Assembly: GCA_016933055.1 (NCBI GenBank)
Contig: JAFGBS010000036.1
Coordinates: 4,933-36,932 of the forward strand
Source of the DNA: Promethearchaeota archaeon
Lineage (GTDB): Archaea > Asgardarchaeota > Lokiarchaeia > Sigyniarchaeales > Promethearchaeaceae
Reading direction: 5' to 3'
DNA length: 32,000 nt
In this document: in pieces, positions 18,425-28,430 of the stretch
Position numbering within the stretch: position 1 is the stretch's first letter
How the letters are laid out: every line of letters starts with the position of its first letter
The notes under the pieces: model-generated
Databases searched by the model: none
Seen by the model: only the letters and a program-made list of their open reading frames with translations
What the model was told of the DNA's origin: nothing
Made by a program: the position numbers and the translations under genes

Positions 18425-19657
18425 ATGTGTGTGAATGTGGAGTTACAAAATCAAATTAGAATAAAATTTGAAGATCTTCCAAGAGCAGAATTAGTCTACG
18501 ATGCAATTTATGAGGGAGGCAGCACCGGAAATATTTCAGACGACGTTCTAAGTAATTTGTTTGAGGGTATCGGTAATTCGGGAGGTTTTCGCATATGCAA
18601 AAAAGTCGCTGACCCAGATGAAATTGCATATGTTATTCTCTATACAACAGGTTCTGAAATTGAATGGCCCGATATTTTCGACATATATCTCGGCACATTT
18701 CGTTATTGGGGCGACAATCGCACACCTGGAAAGGATATTCATGATACGCCCAAAGGTGGAAATAAACTCTTATTGGAAGTATTCGAAAAAATTGATAAGA
18801 GTGCTGAGGAGAGAAAATCAATTCCACCGTTTTTAGTCTTTCAAAAGATAGGAATGAAAAGAAATGTCAAATTCCTAGGATTGGCATGTCCTGGAAGAGA
18901 AAACTCGTCGTTAGTCGAGGATCTTCAAGCGGTATGGAAACATACTAATAATCAGAGATTTCAGAATTATCGTGCTTATTTTACAATTCTAAATATTGGT
19001 CCTGATAAAATTCGCAGAGACTGGCTCCAAGCACTGAGAAACGGAACAGATCCCGTACTATATCTAGCACCTAAAGCATGGAAAAATTTTGTGTTAAATG
19101 GACGAAAGGGAATTCATCCTCTAAAATCAGAACGTTTAACAAAATATCGAAATAAAGAAGAACAGCTTCCAAATAAACGAGAAAAATTACCCTTAGTAAA
19201 TGCGATATATAATTATTTTAAAGAGGATCCTTATGCTTTCGAACCTTGTGGCGCAGAACTTGCACAAATGATGGATGAAAACATAATTGATGTAGACATT
19301 ACTCGAACTCATCGTGACGGTGGAAGAGATGCTCTAGCAAAATACAAGATTGGCATTAAGGATAATAACTTACTGGTGGAATGCGCTATGGAAATGAAGT
19401 GCTATTCTCTCGAAAATTCTTGCGGAGTCAAAGAAACTTCAAGATTAATATCTCGTATTCGACATCGACAGTTTGGGATTTTGGTTACAACTAGTTACAT
19501 TGCAGGTCAAGCCTACAAGGAAATTGTGGAAGATGAACACCCCATATTGATTATATCCGCAGGAGATATAGCGGAGATACTTATTAAACATGGATATAAC
19601 AGCGTAGAGAAAGTAAAAGAATGGTTGAAAAAATTCCCACAAATAAGAAATGCATAA
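18425..19657 (+). CDS. AspBHI/MspJI-type modification-dependent (type IV) restriction endonuclease: SRA-like N-terminal domain plus Mrr-type catalytic domain
   Basis: DAIYEGG, GNSGGFR, EWPD, FRYWGDNRTPG (AspBHI N-domain); DGGRDA...EMKCY...RLISRIRHRQFGILVTTS (Mrr_cat PD-(D/E)xK). Confidence 0.9.
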   Translation: MCVNVELQNQIRIKFEDLPRAELVYDAIYEGGSTGNISDDVLSNLFEGIGNSGGFRICKKVADPDEIAYVILYTTGSEIEWPDIFDIYLGTFRYWGDNRTPGKDIHDTPKGGNKLLLEVFEKIDKSAEERKSIPPFLVFQKIGMKRNVKFLGLACPGRENSSLVEDLQAVWKHTNNQRFQNYRAYFTILNIGPDKIRRDWLQALRNGTDPVLYLAPKAWKNFVLNGRKGIHPLKSERLTKYRNKEEQLPNKREKLPLVNAIYNYFKEDPYAFEPCGAELAQMMDENIIDVDITRTHRDGGRDALAKYKIGIKDNNLLVECAMEMKCYSLENSCGVKETSRLISRIRHRQFGILVTTSYIAGQAYKEIVEDEHPILIISAGDIAEILIKHGYNSVEKVKEWLKKFPQIRNA

Positions 19658-19853
19658 TTATGAAAAGATACCCATTTTACTCCTAATACACTCATTAAAA
19701 GAACGAGAAAATCAAAATGAATGATATTTATTCCTTTAAAGATATTTACGATAAAATTGAGAAAGAAAATAAGAAATTCTTCAAGAATCAATACAACAAA
19801 GTAGAAAAAAAATAGCATTTAGCTATTGAAAATTTTAGAGAAGATAAATTTTT

Positions 19854-22700
19854 TCAGTCTTCATAACGCATCCCACCATATTTCTTATAATCTTCCAAAA
19901 ATCGCTCTGCTTTCTTTTTCTCTTTCGCATACCTATTATCTAATTCCCTTTTCCGATGTAAATCTTCCTGCTCATTCTTTACAAACCACTCTTGTATATA
20001 GAAAGTTTGTTCTTCTCCATATTCGAATCCATAACTTGGACGGGTAACACTTTTAGGAAGCCAGATTTCGATGTTCTCTTGAAAATCATTTTTTACCTCA
20101 CAACAAATCGCATCCATAGATGTTCGAATAATTTTACCCTTAATTCTATAGGTTCCAGTATTGGATGTTAAGTTCGCAAAGAATTCCTCTCTAGTGGTCG
20201 GTATTTGGTCTAAGAATTCGGATAAGTTGGGTAGTTGGGCGAAAATGTGCACTTGTTTTTTAGCCCGAGTCAATGCAACATAAAATAGTCTTCTCTCTTC
20301 ATCTAAGTCATCGGGCAGGTCGGGATTGATGAGTTTGTGGTCAAAAGAGGATGTCAATTCCGAGGGTAATCCGTATAAACCTTTATACACATTCATTAAA
20401 ATCACGTATTCAGCTTCCAATCCTTTCGCTTTATGGATAGAATGGAATCGAATCCCGTTTCTGACCATTTCACCTTCCTTCATTAGCGCTACTGGAATTT
20501 CCTTGTCTTTAAGGCAATAATCAAACAGATCTGAGTACCCGAAATTAAATCGGGAGAGAATCATAATTTCCTTGGGATCTACTCCCTCTCGAATCCATTT
20601 CTTAATCAAATCCACAATTAGGTCGTGCTGTTCTTGGGTAAAACTACGTTTACCGCCATACATTCGCTTTAAGAACATCGATGGTTCGTCAGTTCTATTC
20701 ACTGGAACTAAATCTTTCGGAATATAATCTGAACAGGCATTTATATGCGTAGAACTAAAATTAACTATAGGAGGGGGATTACGATAATTCAACTGTAATA
20801 TCGTTTGAGCCACGGGGAAAAAAAATTGATCTAATTTGACCATGTATTTATTAGATGCTCCTGAAAATCCATAAATTGACTGCCAATCATCTCCTACGAA
20901 AAACATATGGCATTCCTTTCCTCTTTTGCGTAATTCTTGGAGTAATCGTAAACGCTGAAACGAAATGTCCTGAAACTCATCGATGAAGATCATGGTATAG
21001 CTACAAAATTCTTTCGCTTCTTCATTCGTTACTGGCCGTTCCAGATATTGTACGGCATGGTTTATCATATCTTGATAATCAATTTTCCCTTGTGCAGCAA
21101 GATAATCCTCATATGCTTCAAATATGGGGAAAACAAGAGTTAAAAAAGCGTGATCTTTCCGATGTAGTTTCTTATTGCGCAGATGGGTAGAAAGAGTCGT
21201 TGAATTATATCCATAAATTTTAGCATCCATGATCGTAGTATGAATCATATCCGAAAGGATCTTCAGACGATGGGGTAAATTGTCTATACGTTTAATAATT
21301 TCTTGATGAGATAGGGGTGCTGCCTCTCGATTTTGGATTTTCCATAATTGCCGAACAAAATCCAATAGTTTTTTCGATAATTTCCCGGTTTTCCAATCCC
21401 AATAATCCGTTTCCAGTAAATTCTTGCCATATTTTCTAAACTGAGCCTTTTTCCATTCCATTTCTTTAAAATATTTAGGCACATCCTCAATAACGGGATT
21501 ATACACGTTTGGAAAATCTTTCGAAATACCCCAGTGCTCAAGATAGGTATCGAATTCTGGTAAATAGAAATCGGGGTGATATTCACGCCCGGACTCATCC
21601 TTATCACACCAATCTACTTTCATTTCATACACAAAATTTATCCCGTGAGTGATAAAGAAGTTCGCAATTTCTTTCTCAGCAACGCTTTTTACTCGACTTC
21701 CATCCAATGCCTCATAGGGTTTATTTTCTTGGTAACTATACATCTTTCGAAGTCTTTCTTCATTTTCTTCCTCCTCAGCGATAAATTCGGAAATATTGCT
21801 ATAGTATTGGATGTATAAATGCTGGTAAATCGGATCATCAGCTTTTTTGATTTCAATTAATTCTCGGATTACATGGGTTGTATTCTCCTCTACCCTAATC
21901 TCTTCTTCCCTATCTTTAAAACGATTAACAATTTTAAATCCCAGACTATGAAAAGTGCGTACTTCCACATCTTGAATTCCATAAATATTCTTCAAGCGTT
22001 CAATTATCTCAGCAACAGCTGTTCGATTGTATGCCATAACCAAAATGCCTTCAGCAGGAATTTCCTTTTTTAATACATAAAAAGCAACTCGATCTACTAA
22101 TACTCGAGTTTTTCCAGACCCAGGTCCTGCTACAACGAGGTTATTGTCATCGTTAACCAAGATTGCCCGAATTTGGTTTTCATTTAATTGAACGGATTGA
22201 TTAAACTCCGTACCATCAAAAAAGGAATGATATTTCTGCCTATGTTTTTTTAAGTAAACTGTATTATATTCTCGGACAAAATTTTCCAAACGGTTAATCT
22301 TTTCTTCAATATGTCTTGTTTCCTCCCTCCATATTCTTCCGAATCCCCTTAATTGGTTTTTATAAGATTTCAAAGTCTTATCTATTGCGTTCTTTTTCGA
22401 AGTAGTGAGATAATTGGAATACTCCTCTAAAAGAGAAAAAATTCCACGATGAAATTCATCATATTCAGTTTCAAATTGTGCAATTTTTTGTATACTCTCT
22501 CGTTCGCGATAGAATTTCCAAACAGACAAGTAAGTATCTCGTAAGAATAGAGCAACAATGCCAATAGATGCAAACAGTGCGAGAATAAACCAAGGATTAA
22601 CTACTATAGTCAGAATAAAGAAACTGATCGTAATTATAACACTCGAGATAACAATCATCCATTCTTTAAGAGGGATATTTAGTTCATTCTCCATGCGCAA
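19854..22700 (-). CDS. UvrD-family DNA helicase IV (HelD)-like protein with N-terminal TM helices and an inserted PD-(D/E)xK-like nuclease domain
   Basis: AGPGSGKT, DEFQD, GDDWQSIY, NYR, HKAKGLE, EERRLFYVALTRA; insert VKSVAEKEIANF...YE...YHPDFYL...YLEHWG; hydrophobic residues ~14-53. Confidence 0.85.
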   Translation of the reverse strand: MRMENELNIPLKEWMIVISSVIITISFFILTIVVNPWFILALFASIGIVALFLRDTYLSVWKFYRERESIQKIAQFETEYDEFHRGIFSLLEEYSNYLTTSKKNAIDKTLKSYKNQLRGFGRIWREETRHIEEKINRLENFVREYNTVYLKKHRQKYHSFFDGTEFNQSVQLNENQIRAILVNDDNNLVVAGPGSGKTRVLVDRVAFYVLKKEIPAEGILVMAYNRTAVAEIIERLKNIYGIQDVEVRTFHSLGFKIVNRFKDREEEIRVEENTTHVIRELIEIKKADDPIYQHLYIQYYSNISEFIAEEEENEERLRKMYSYQENKPYEALDGSRVKSVAEKEIANFFITHGINFVYEMKVDWCDKDESGREYHPDFYLPEFDTYLEHWGISKDFPNVYNPVIEDVPKYFKEMEWKKAQFRKYGKNLLETDYWDWKTGKLSKKLLDFVRQLWKIQNREAAPLSHQEIIKRIDNLPHRLKILSDMIHTTIMDAKIYGYNSTTLSTHLRNKKLHRKDHAFLTLVFPIFEAYEDYLAAQGKIDYQDMINHAVQYLERPVTNEEAKEFCSYTMIFIDEFQDISFQRLRLLQELRKRGKECHMFFVGDDWQSIYGFSGASNKYMVKLDQFFFPVAQTILQLNYRNPPPIVNFSSTHINACSDYIPKDLVPVNRTDEPSMFLKRMYGGKRSFTQEQHDLIVDLIKKWIREGVDPKEIMILSRFNFGYSDLFDYCLKDKEIPVALMKEGEMVRNGIRFHSIHKAKGLEAEYVILMNVYKGLYGLPSELTSSFDHKLINPDLPDDLDEERRLFYVALTRAKKQVHIFAQLPNLSEFLDQIPTTREEFFANLTSNTGTYRIKGKIIRTSMDAICCEVKNDFQENIEIWLPKSVTRPSYGFEYGEEQTFYIQEWFVKNEQEDLHRKRELDNRYAKEKKKAERFLEDYKKYGGMRYED

Positions 22701-22864
22701 TCAAGCCACTATCTCAAATAAGATTCCTTATATAAGCATTTTCGAGGATAAAGTATAAAATTGTTTTCTAGACGAGTGTGAACGGATATCTAACTTAATA
22801 TCCTTAAGAACTCCTTTCTTTTCTATTAGCAAAAATTCACGGTAACCCCCTCCCAAAAACTCTG

Positions 22865-22936
22865 CTAAAAAGCCAAAAATTGCCTTTCTCTCTGTTTCCC
22901 GTGCATTACCCGTAATGGCAATTTTTGGTTTTTTCG
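22865..22936. repeat. Long inverted repeat (18-21 bp arms) in ORF-free DNA
   Basis: AAAAAGCCAAAAATTGCC (22867-22884) versus GGCAATTTTTGGTTTTTT (22917-22934), one mismatch. Confidence 0.8.
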
Positions 22937-23073
22937 CATAGGCAAGCCTTTAACCCATGTGGAAGCGTATGTTCCTAAAACTCTGCCGATTTTTAGAATT
23001 GGGTGCTATATGCCGTTAAAAGGGCAGTATAGATGTTGATTAGAGAAAAAAAATCAATTATCCAATGATTGTG

Positions 23074-23388
23074 TTAAGGACTTAGAGAATATCCACTAAA
23101 CCGTTCGTGTGTTCTCTTCTGATAATCACAGTTAGTGCAATCAACAAAATGGATCTCCAAAGTTCTATTCCCTTCTGTTAATACAGCAGATTCCCCTAGA
23201 AGACCCATTCCAAAAAATGTTTCTCCTATAACTCCACCAAATCCTCGCACTCGAAATTCTCTTAATACTAATTCCGCTCCACATTGAGGGCATGTTTTTG
23301 AGTGACCTCCCCAACATTTTTCTTCGTAAGCATTCCGCTTTTCTTCCCGTTCTTTTTTCCGTTTTTCTCGTGCTTCGCTTCTAAACAT
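23074..23388 (-). CDS. Small Zn-ribbon hypothetical protein
   Basis: CPQC...CTNC pairs, Gly-rich hydrophobic middle, basic N-terminus. Confidence 0.65.
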   Translation of the reverse strand: MFRSEAREKRKKEREEKRNAYEEKCWGGHSKTCPQCGAELVLREFRVRGFGGVIGETFFGMGLLGESAVLTEGNRTLEIHFVDCTNCDYQKRTHERFSGYSLSP

Positions 23389-23729
23389 GAAATAGAAGGA
23401 CTCATTGGATTTATTAAATGTTTCGCCTTAAATCGCGAATTTTACTAAACTCACCTAACTGAGATTTTGTAATTTCAACAAGATTAGAAATTTGGGATAA
23501 ATCGAAATTTAAATTACTCAAAATGAATCCTTCATATTATTGTCGGAATGAATGTACCCACACAACACACTACATTAGATTGAATAATGATATTTTAGTG
23601 GTTTCAGATTATTTAATTACGCAATAGTCTAGCGATAAAAAAGAGTGAACTTAAATAATCTTCAAGTAATCCTCTCGCATTCATTAATCCCAAAGTTAAT
23701 TTAAATCCAATTAAGTTTTATAGAGATAT

Positions 23730-23831
23730 ATGAAAATATTAACACCAACGAAAAATATTACGGAATTTATTGAATATTGGTCAAATTTCTACACATCAAC
23801 ATCTATACGGCTTAACATAATTAAAAATTGA
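23730..23831 (+). pseudogene. N-terminal gene fragment (33 aa), apparently of the same family as 24119-24628
   Basis: MKILTPTKNITEFIEYWSNFY...*; FIxYWSxxY is the N-terminal motif I associate with the family ending LRxIDRALWxxGK. Confidence 0.4.
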
Positions 23832-23935
23832 TCCATTTAATGCTTGACTATCGTAAAACACCGTCAAACTCGTATAATAGAATCAATTTACGAATTTACA
23901 CCAAATTTAATACCGTCCAGATGTAGAATACTTAA

Positions 23936-24033
23936 GTCCGAAGTGCGGGTCCTTGGGCGGAGGAATAAACACCTATCTCGGATAGGTCAAAAGCCGAATG
24001 CGAAGCATGAGGCTTATTCATGTTAAAATGAAT
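23936..24033. other. GC-enriched cluster of consecutive hairpins (structured DNA/RNA element)
   Basis: ACCTATC/GATAGGT (23971-23987); AAGCC-GA-ATGC-GAA-GCAT-GA-GGCTT (23991-24015); ATTCAT/ATGAAT (24016-24033); a weaker stem at 23936-23961. Confidence 0.7.
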
Positions 24034-24118
24034 CTAAATCCACTCCAAATTGACAGAAGTTCGTACTATATACCCCCTATTCCCCTAACGTGGGTATCAC
24101 GGAATAGAATTTTACTAA

Positions 24119-24628
24119 TCAAAATACAGTAACATAGATATTGAATATGATCAGAACATCAGAATTCAAAACAACACATATCAGCCTTTATCAAAGGCTA
24201 ATCTAAAACATCTTCTACATTGGAAAATGGATTGGAAAGGAAATCTGCTCAATAAATGGACAAATAATGTCTCTCAACATCTTTCAGAAATTAATAATCT
24301 ACGAAATGCAAATTCAATCAATGAAATTGTAATTATGAACTTCATAAATACCATTCCAAAGAAAATTGTGAAAAGTGGTAATGTGCTGAGGGTATTTATG
24401 ATGCATTTAGCCCGTCCTTTGGAAGTACCAATCCTTGACCGCTTTGCTATACTCACATATGATGTTGTAACTGGTCAAAACATTTCTTTATTAATAAACA
24501 GAACTAACTTCATATCTTATCATTATCTGGATTATCGTGATTACATATTAAAACTCCAAAATCAAACAGGATCTTCAATTCGAGAAATTGATAGAGCATT
24601 TTGGGTGTATGGAAAGCATATTTTATGA
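24119..24628 (+). pseudogene. 5'-disrupted uncharacterised protein, possibly HhH-glycosylase-like fold
   Basis: Frame open from 24119 (after TAA at 24116): SKYSNIDIEYDQNI...KHLLHWK...VFMMHLARPLEVPILDRF...REIDRAFWVYGK; track start 24227 is internal. Confidence 0.45.
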
Positions 24629-25148
24629 AATAATATTGGTATTATTTACTCGATTCATGAGAATACTAGTAATTTTTCTTTCAATTAACTCACATCCATC
24701 ATTGAATAAGCCTTTAACAGAGCTTCTTTAAAAATTAGATTTACATATTTGAAAATTAGACAAGAAAATGAATGAGATCAGAATTGAAGATGTTTTTAGT
24801 GTAATCAATATCTATCTGAGTTCTTAAGGTTTGGTAGGTATAAGAAAACATGTATTTTTAACGTATTTTAGCGTAAAACGTCAAGCCCGTTATCTAAAGC
24901 AAATTCAGTGGGTTTAGGTGTTCCGTTTTCCAAAAGTGCAATAGTTTGCAGATAGGATACGAAAGCAGATATTCCATTTACTATTAAGTACAATGAGCGT
25001 GAAGAATCAAGTTATGAGAACTTACTGGAATTATGTACCCCTTAATGGAATGAAAAATGGGAACTTGTTAAAAACTGACGATTTGGATAATACTTCATAT
25101 CTTCGTTTCACGATCTTTTCATTATTATTTTTAAATTTTCTGAGTTTT

Positions 25149-25718
25149 TTAAGCGCTTGGATACAACGGTATAAATAAATCCCTTTTTTTCGGGTTTTCT
25201 ATTCTGTCGATACGAGTTTTAAATTGAGGGATGAAAGATCTATAACTGCAAATTGTCTTAAATGAACCATCCGTCAATAATTCCATCGTGTAAGGAGCAA
25301 ATATGTTCCTCTTATTGATTAATCCATGATATGCAAAAACAACCTTAGGAGGATGTTGAAATCTAATGCAAGCTATTTTTATGAGATTTACTTTCGTTTC
25401 GATATATTTTTTTAGGTTTTTTCTGATTTCATTACGGTTACCACGCTTTCGTTTGGGAAATAAATCTACTGTGATAATTTGAGAATTAATATGCTCTTCA
25501 TCCAGAGGATGAGATTTTTCGAATTTAGGATTATATATGAATTTCTTCCAAGATTGTGGATATTCACCAATAATTAAAATCTTGATAGGTTTATTTTTTT
25601 CCTTAATTTTTTCCAAAACTTCAATCCATTTTGCTTCTATCCTAATTATGTCTTCATACTCTATCGTTGTGCAATCTTTGATTAAATTAGCCAAATATTC
25701 TCCAGTGATTTTTTCCAA
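25149..25718 (-). CDS. Uracil-DNA glycosylase-superfamily-like protein
   Basis: KPIKILIIGEYP...FIYNP...ITVDLFP resembles the UDG-like ILIxGExP...FxY and xxDL layout. Confidence 0.45.
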   Translation of the reverse strand: MEKITGEYLANLIKDCTTIEYEDIIRIEAKWIEVLEKIKEKNKPIKILIIGEYPQSWKKFIYNPKFEKSHPLDEEHINSQIITVDLFPKRKRGNRNEIRKNLKKYIETKVNLIKIACIRFQHPPKVVFAYHGLINKRNIFAPYTMELLTDGSFKTICSYRSFIPQFKTRIDRIENPKKRDLFIPLYPSA

Positions 25719-25755
25719 CTCGTATCATCGACCTTATATTCTCTTTATTTATTTT

Positions 25756-26440
25756 TTAATGATAAATAATCTCTCCATTTTCTACCACAATCAACTGCCC
25801 TGGCTTGAAACTCACCCAATTTTCATCCGTCAACGGGCTGGTTGCGATGATCACCCCTTGCTCGTCCGGTTCTTTCTCATCGCTCAAATCTATCCAGAAA
25901 TCATCGTCCATTAATCTGATAGAGCCGAACGGGGATTTTCGAATCAAAAACATTAATGAATTGTATTTTCTCTTGTCAAAATATGAAAATAATCGTACTC
26001 CATCACTCATTAAGCAATTTAAATCCCCATACTCATTGATATCATGGAGTTTCGTTTGCAGCCAATCAAAATCTTCAGAAGACCACACATCAGTCGAATC
26101 CTCGTCGGTTCCAAAACGTTTCTTAATTTGCCCCATTAACCAACAGAACGCCCATTCTGAGTCAGTATCCCCCACGGGTTTAAAATCTCCTAAATCTAAT
26201 CCTCCTTTTTTATCATACCAGAGAAGAGTTTTATTATGAGCAAATACATACTGTTTTCCTCCTAATTCTCTGCAAAAGGGGTGAGTATTCCGATAACAGA
26301 CATCGCTACCGCTTGTTAATCGAATATGCGAAATGAAAATTTGGGAACGAATCTCTTGATATTCACGAATGAATTCCCCCAATTGACTTTTATTGACTTT
26401 TCATCTTTCATATATTTGAAAATCTGAAGAGAAGTTATAT
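25756..26440 (-). pseudogene. Class II glutamine amidotransferase (YafJ/GATase_4-like), N-terminally truncated and frameshifted
   Basis: ISHIRLTS, NTHPF, FAHNKTL (HNGT altered), GDTDSEWAFC, LNCLMSDG, IATSPLTDENW. The catalytic N-terminal Cys segment is absent; the upstream piece (SLQIFK) is out of frame. Confidence 0.75.
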
Positions 26441-26563
26441 GATTTCCATTGGCTAACTGTTAGCAATTCAATATAGAAGGCAAAAAAAAGGAGCCACTAC
26501 TGCTCGAATTTATTAATAATATCTTTCATTTGTTTTAATTTTGTCAGATTTCCTAGAACCATA

Positions 26564-27715
26564 CTAAATCAGCATGAAACAACTATCTTGGCGCACGATA
26601 AGTAGAATCTGTCCTGCAGAATCAAGTAAGCACCGTTCGTATATAGTACATCTAGTTGCAAACAAATCACGTGTACTAGTATACACTATAAACTCACAAT
26701 AAAATAATGGGCCAGTTAAAAAAACAGATGATTCTACTTGTAAAGAGAAATTTATCCCAGGATTGATCCAATAGGAATCTTCATCATCATAAACATACCA
26801 ATTTATCCAAGATTGTTCTGCACTAGTGATCCGTGATTGATTATACGGAAATATTGTGGAATTTAAAGTAAAATTTGTCTGAAGAACCGTAATACGAGAA
26901 ATATAGGAGATATAATCCACTGATACTACAATGAAGCTGGGGATACCCTTATTAGATAACTGCTTTTCAGTAATCACATCCGAAACGTAACTACCTACAC
27001 TCCCGTTATAGAACCAGGAATTATTGAGAGAAAACGAACTGGCATTATCTAAAACCTGTCTTTGGATTTTTTCTGGGTAAATTTGAAAAACTGAAGAATC
27101 ATAGTGAGTTTCTATTTCAACTTCTGTTGTTGTTGTGAGGAAAGAGAAGAAGGGGAGATTTTTTACCAAAAAATGAACTGAAACAGGGGAAAGAAGCACA
27201 GTCACGAGAATTCCTACCCATATTCCTTTTCGTATTTCGAATCTGCGTTCCCAATTTTCAATCGATTTTGGTTCTCTGATAATGAGGAGAAATATAAGTT
27301 CGATAATTAGAAGACACAACAACGGGTATGAAAATAAAAATCCCATTAAGCTTATAGAATAAGAAAATACTATCGTAGGGATAAAAATTACGAACGCCAT
27401 TAAGATATAGTAGACTAATAAATACCTTATTTTCTTGGTTTGAATAAAATCTTTTATCCGTTTGGAGTGCTTGTGCCCTCTTAGTAACCGAAGAAGTAAT
27501 AGAAAAAGAATAATCACAAGAATGCTACCAATTATTAGTACATTTGGAAATAGGAAATATTTTAGAAAATAGGAACCGTACGTAATGAATAAATATATCT
27601 CGTAGCCGAAACAAGCAAGAATGAGAATGATTTTTGGTAGATGGATGAAAATTGCTTTTTTATTTAAACCATTTCTAGGCATTGACATCGTTTTATTACA
27701 ATGTGGTTCCCACAT
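26564..27715 (-). CDS. Hypothetical membrane protein (about 5 N-terminal TM helices, Ser/Asn-rich extracytoplasmic C-domain)
   Basis: Long hydrophobic stretches in the first ~185 aa; several NxS/T sequons later. Confidence 0.75.
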   Translation of the reverse strand: MWEPHCNKTMSMPRNGLNKKAIFIHLPKIILILACFGYEIYLFITYGSYFLKYFLFPNVLIIGSILVIILFLLLLRLLRGHKHSKRIKDFIQTKKIRYLLVYYILMAFVIFIPTIVFSYSISLMGFLFSYPLLCLLIIELIFLLIIREPKSIENWERRFEIRKGIWVGILVTVLLSPVSVHFLVKNLPFFSFLTTTTEVEIETHYDSSVFQIYPEKIQRQVLDNASSFSLNNSWFYNGSVGSYVSDVITEKQLSNKGIPSFIVVSVDYISYISRITVLQTNFTLNSTIFPYNQSRITSAEQSWINWYVYDDEDSYWINPGINFSLQVESSVFLTGPLFYCEFIVYTSTRDLFATRCTIYERCLLDSAGQILLIVRQDSCFMLI

Positions 27716-28185
27716 TAATAAAAATATCTATGCCTCGTTGAATTCGAGGTATGCTTCAATATTTTCCTCACTTTGAGGGTCATTTCCATGTAAACTGTTT
27801 GTGATTTTGTGAGCAAAAACGGAAGAGTCTACATGCAAGGAGAAATTTATCTTTTAAAACGGAATAAGTTCACCAAAAAAATGAATCATGAATAATATAA
27901 GCTGTACGAATTTCTTAATCACCTTATTTCAAATTAATACTAAATCCTGTAATCTCTACACTCATTTTGCTTTTTTTTTTTACGAAATTTATGTCTTCTC
28001 CATTTTATAGACGGAATGGTCTCCAAAGGTTCTTTAGATCCCATCCTTTCATTATAAGATTCCTCATAAATCGCACAAAAAACAGTATTCCCAATCGAAA
28101 TATCTACGCTATAACCATAGATGGTGACTAATCAACAAGCATGCTATCGCTTAGCACGTTGATTTTAGAATATTCTATTCTGTAA

Positions 28186-28242
28186 CTACGCTACAAGCCT
28201 ATTCCTCAGTTCAATAGAACAGATTCATAGGTTATAGCGTAG
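28186..28242. other. Imperfect stem-loop upstream of the pheA-derived gene
   Basis: CTACGCTACAAGCCTAT pairs with ATAGGTTATAGCGTAG; inner GTTC-AATA-GAAC hairpin. Confidence 0.55.
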
Positions 28243-28430
28243 GAGTTCCTTAAACCCCTAAGAAATTCGGTATTTGACGTTTGACGTAGTATTATGATGG
28301 TTTCATGTTAAACGTTTATAGTTTTCACGGGATAGGATGGAATAGGTGTTGATTATTCAAAATTTTTAGTTAACGTTCAAAAATCACAACGGATGAAAAT
28401 AAATAATCCATTCACACCTATACTATATAT

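Noticed and set aside
22947-23033. Possible integron attC (TTTAAC...GTTAAA)
   Set aside because: L-box spacing and pairing do not fit attC, there is no recurring array, and no integrase is present; kept only as a generic structured element.
23943-24015. GTGCG group II intron 5' end, SECIS (GA/GA), or c-di-GMP-I riboswitch likeness
   Set aside because: No RT ORF or domain V; the stem is too short for SECIS and no UGA-containing gene is nearby; the GEMM consensus is only partly matched.
23844-24026. 60-aa track ORF across the hairpin element
   Set aside because: Atypical composition; better explained by the structured non-coding sequence.
24900-25110. Stop-riddled coding-like stretch (IPFTIKYNEREE...WNEKWELVK) and track ORF 24993-25178
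   Set aside because: No family recognised; cannot distinguish a pseudogene from chance.
27729-27872. Minus-strand coding-like remnant (LHVDSSVFAHK...EAYLEFNEA*)
   Set aside because: In-frame stop near the start and no recognisable homology.
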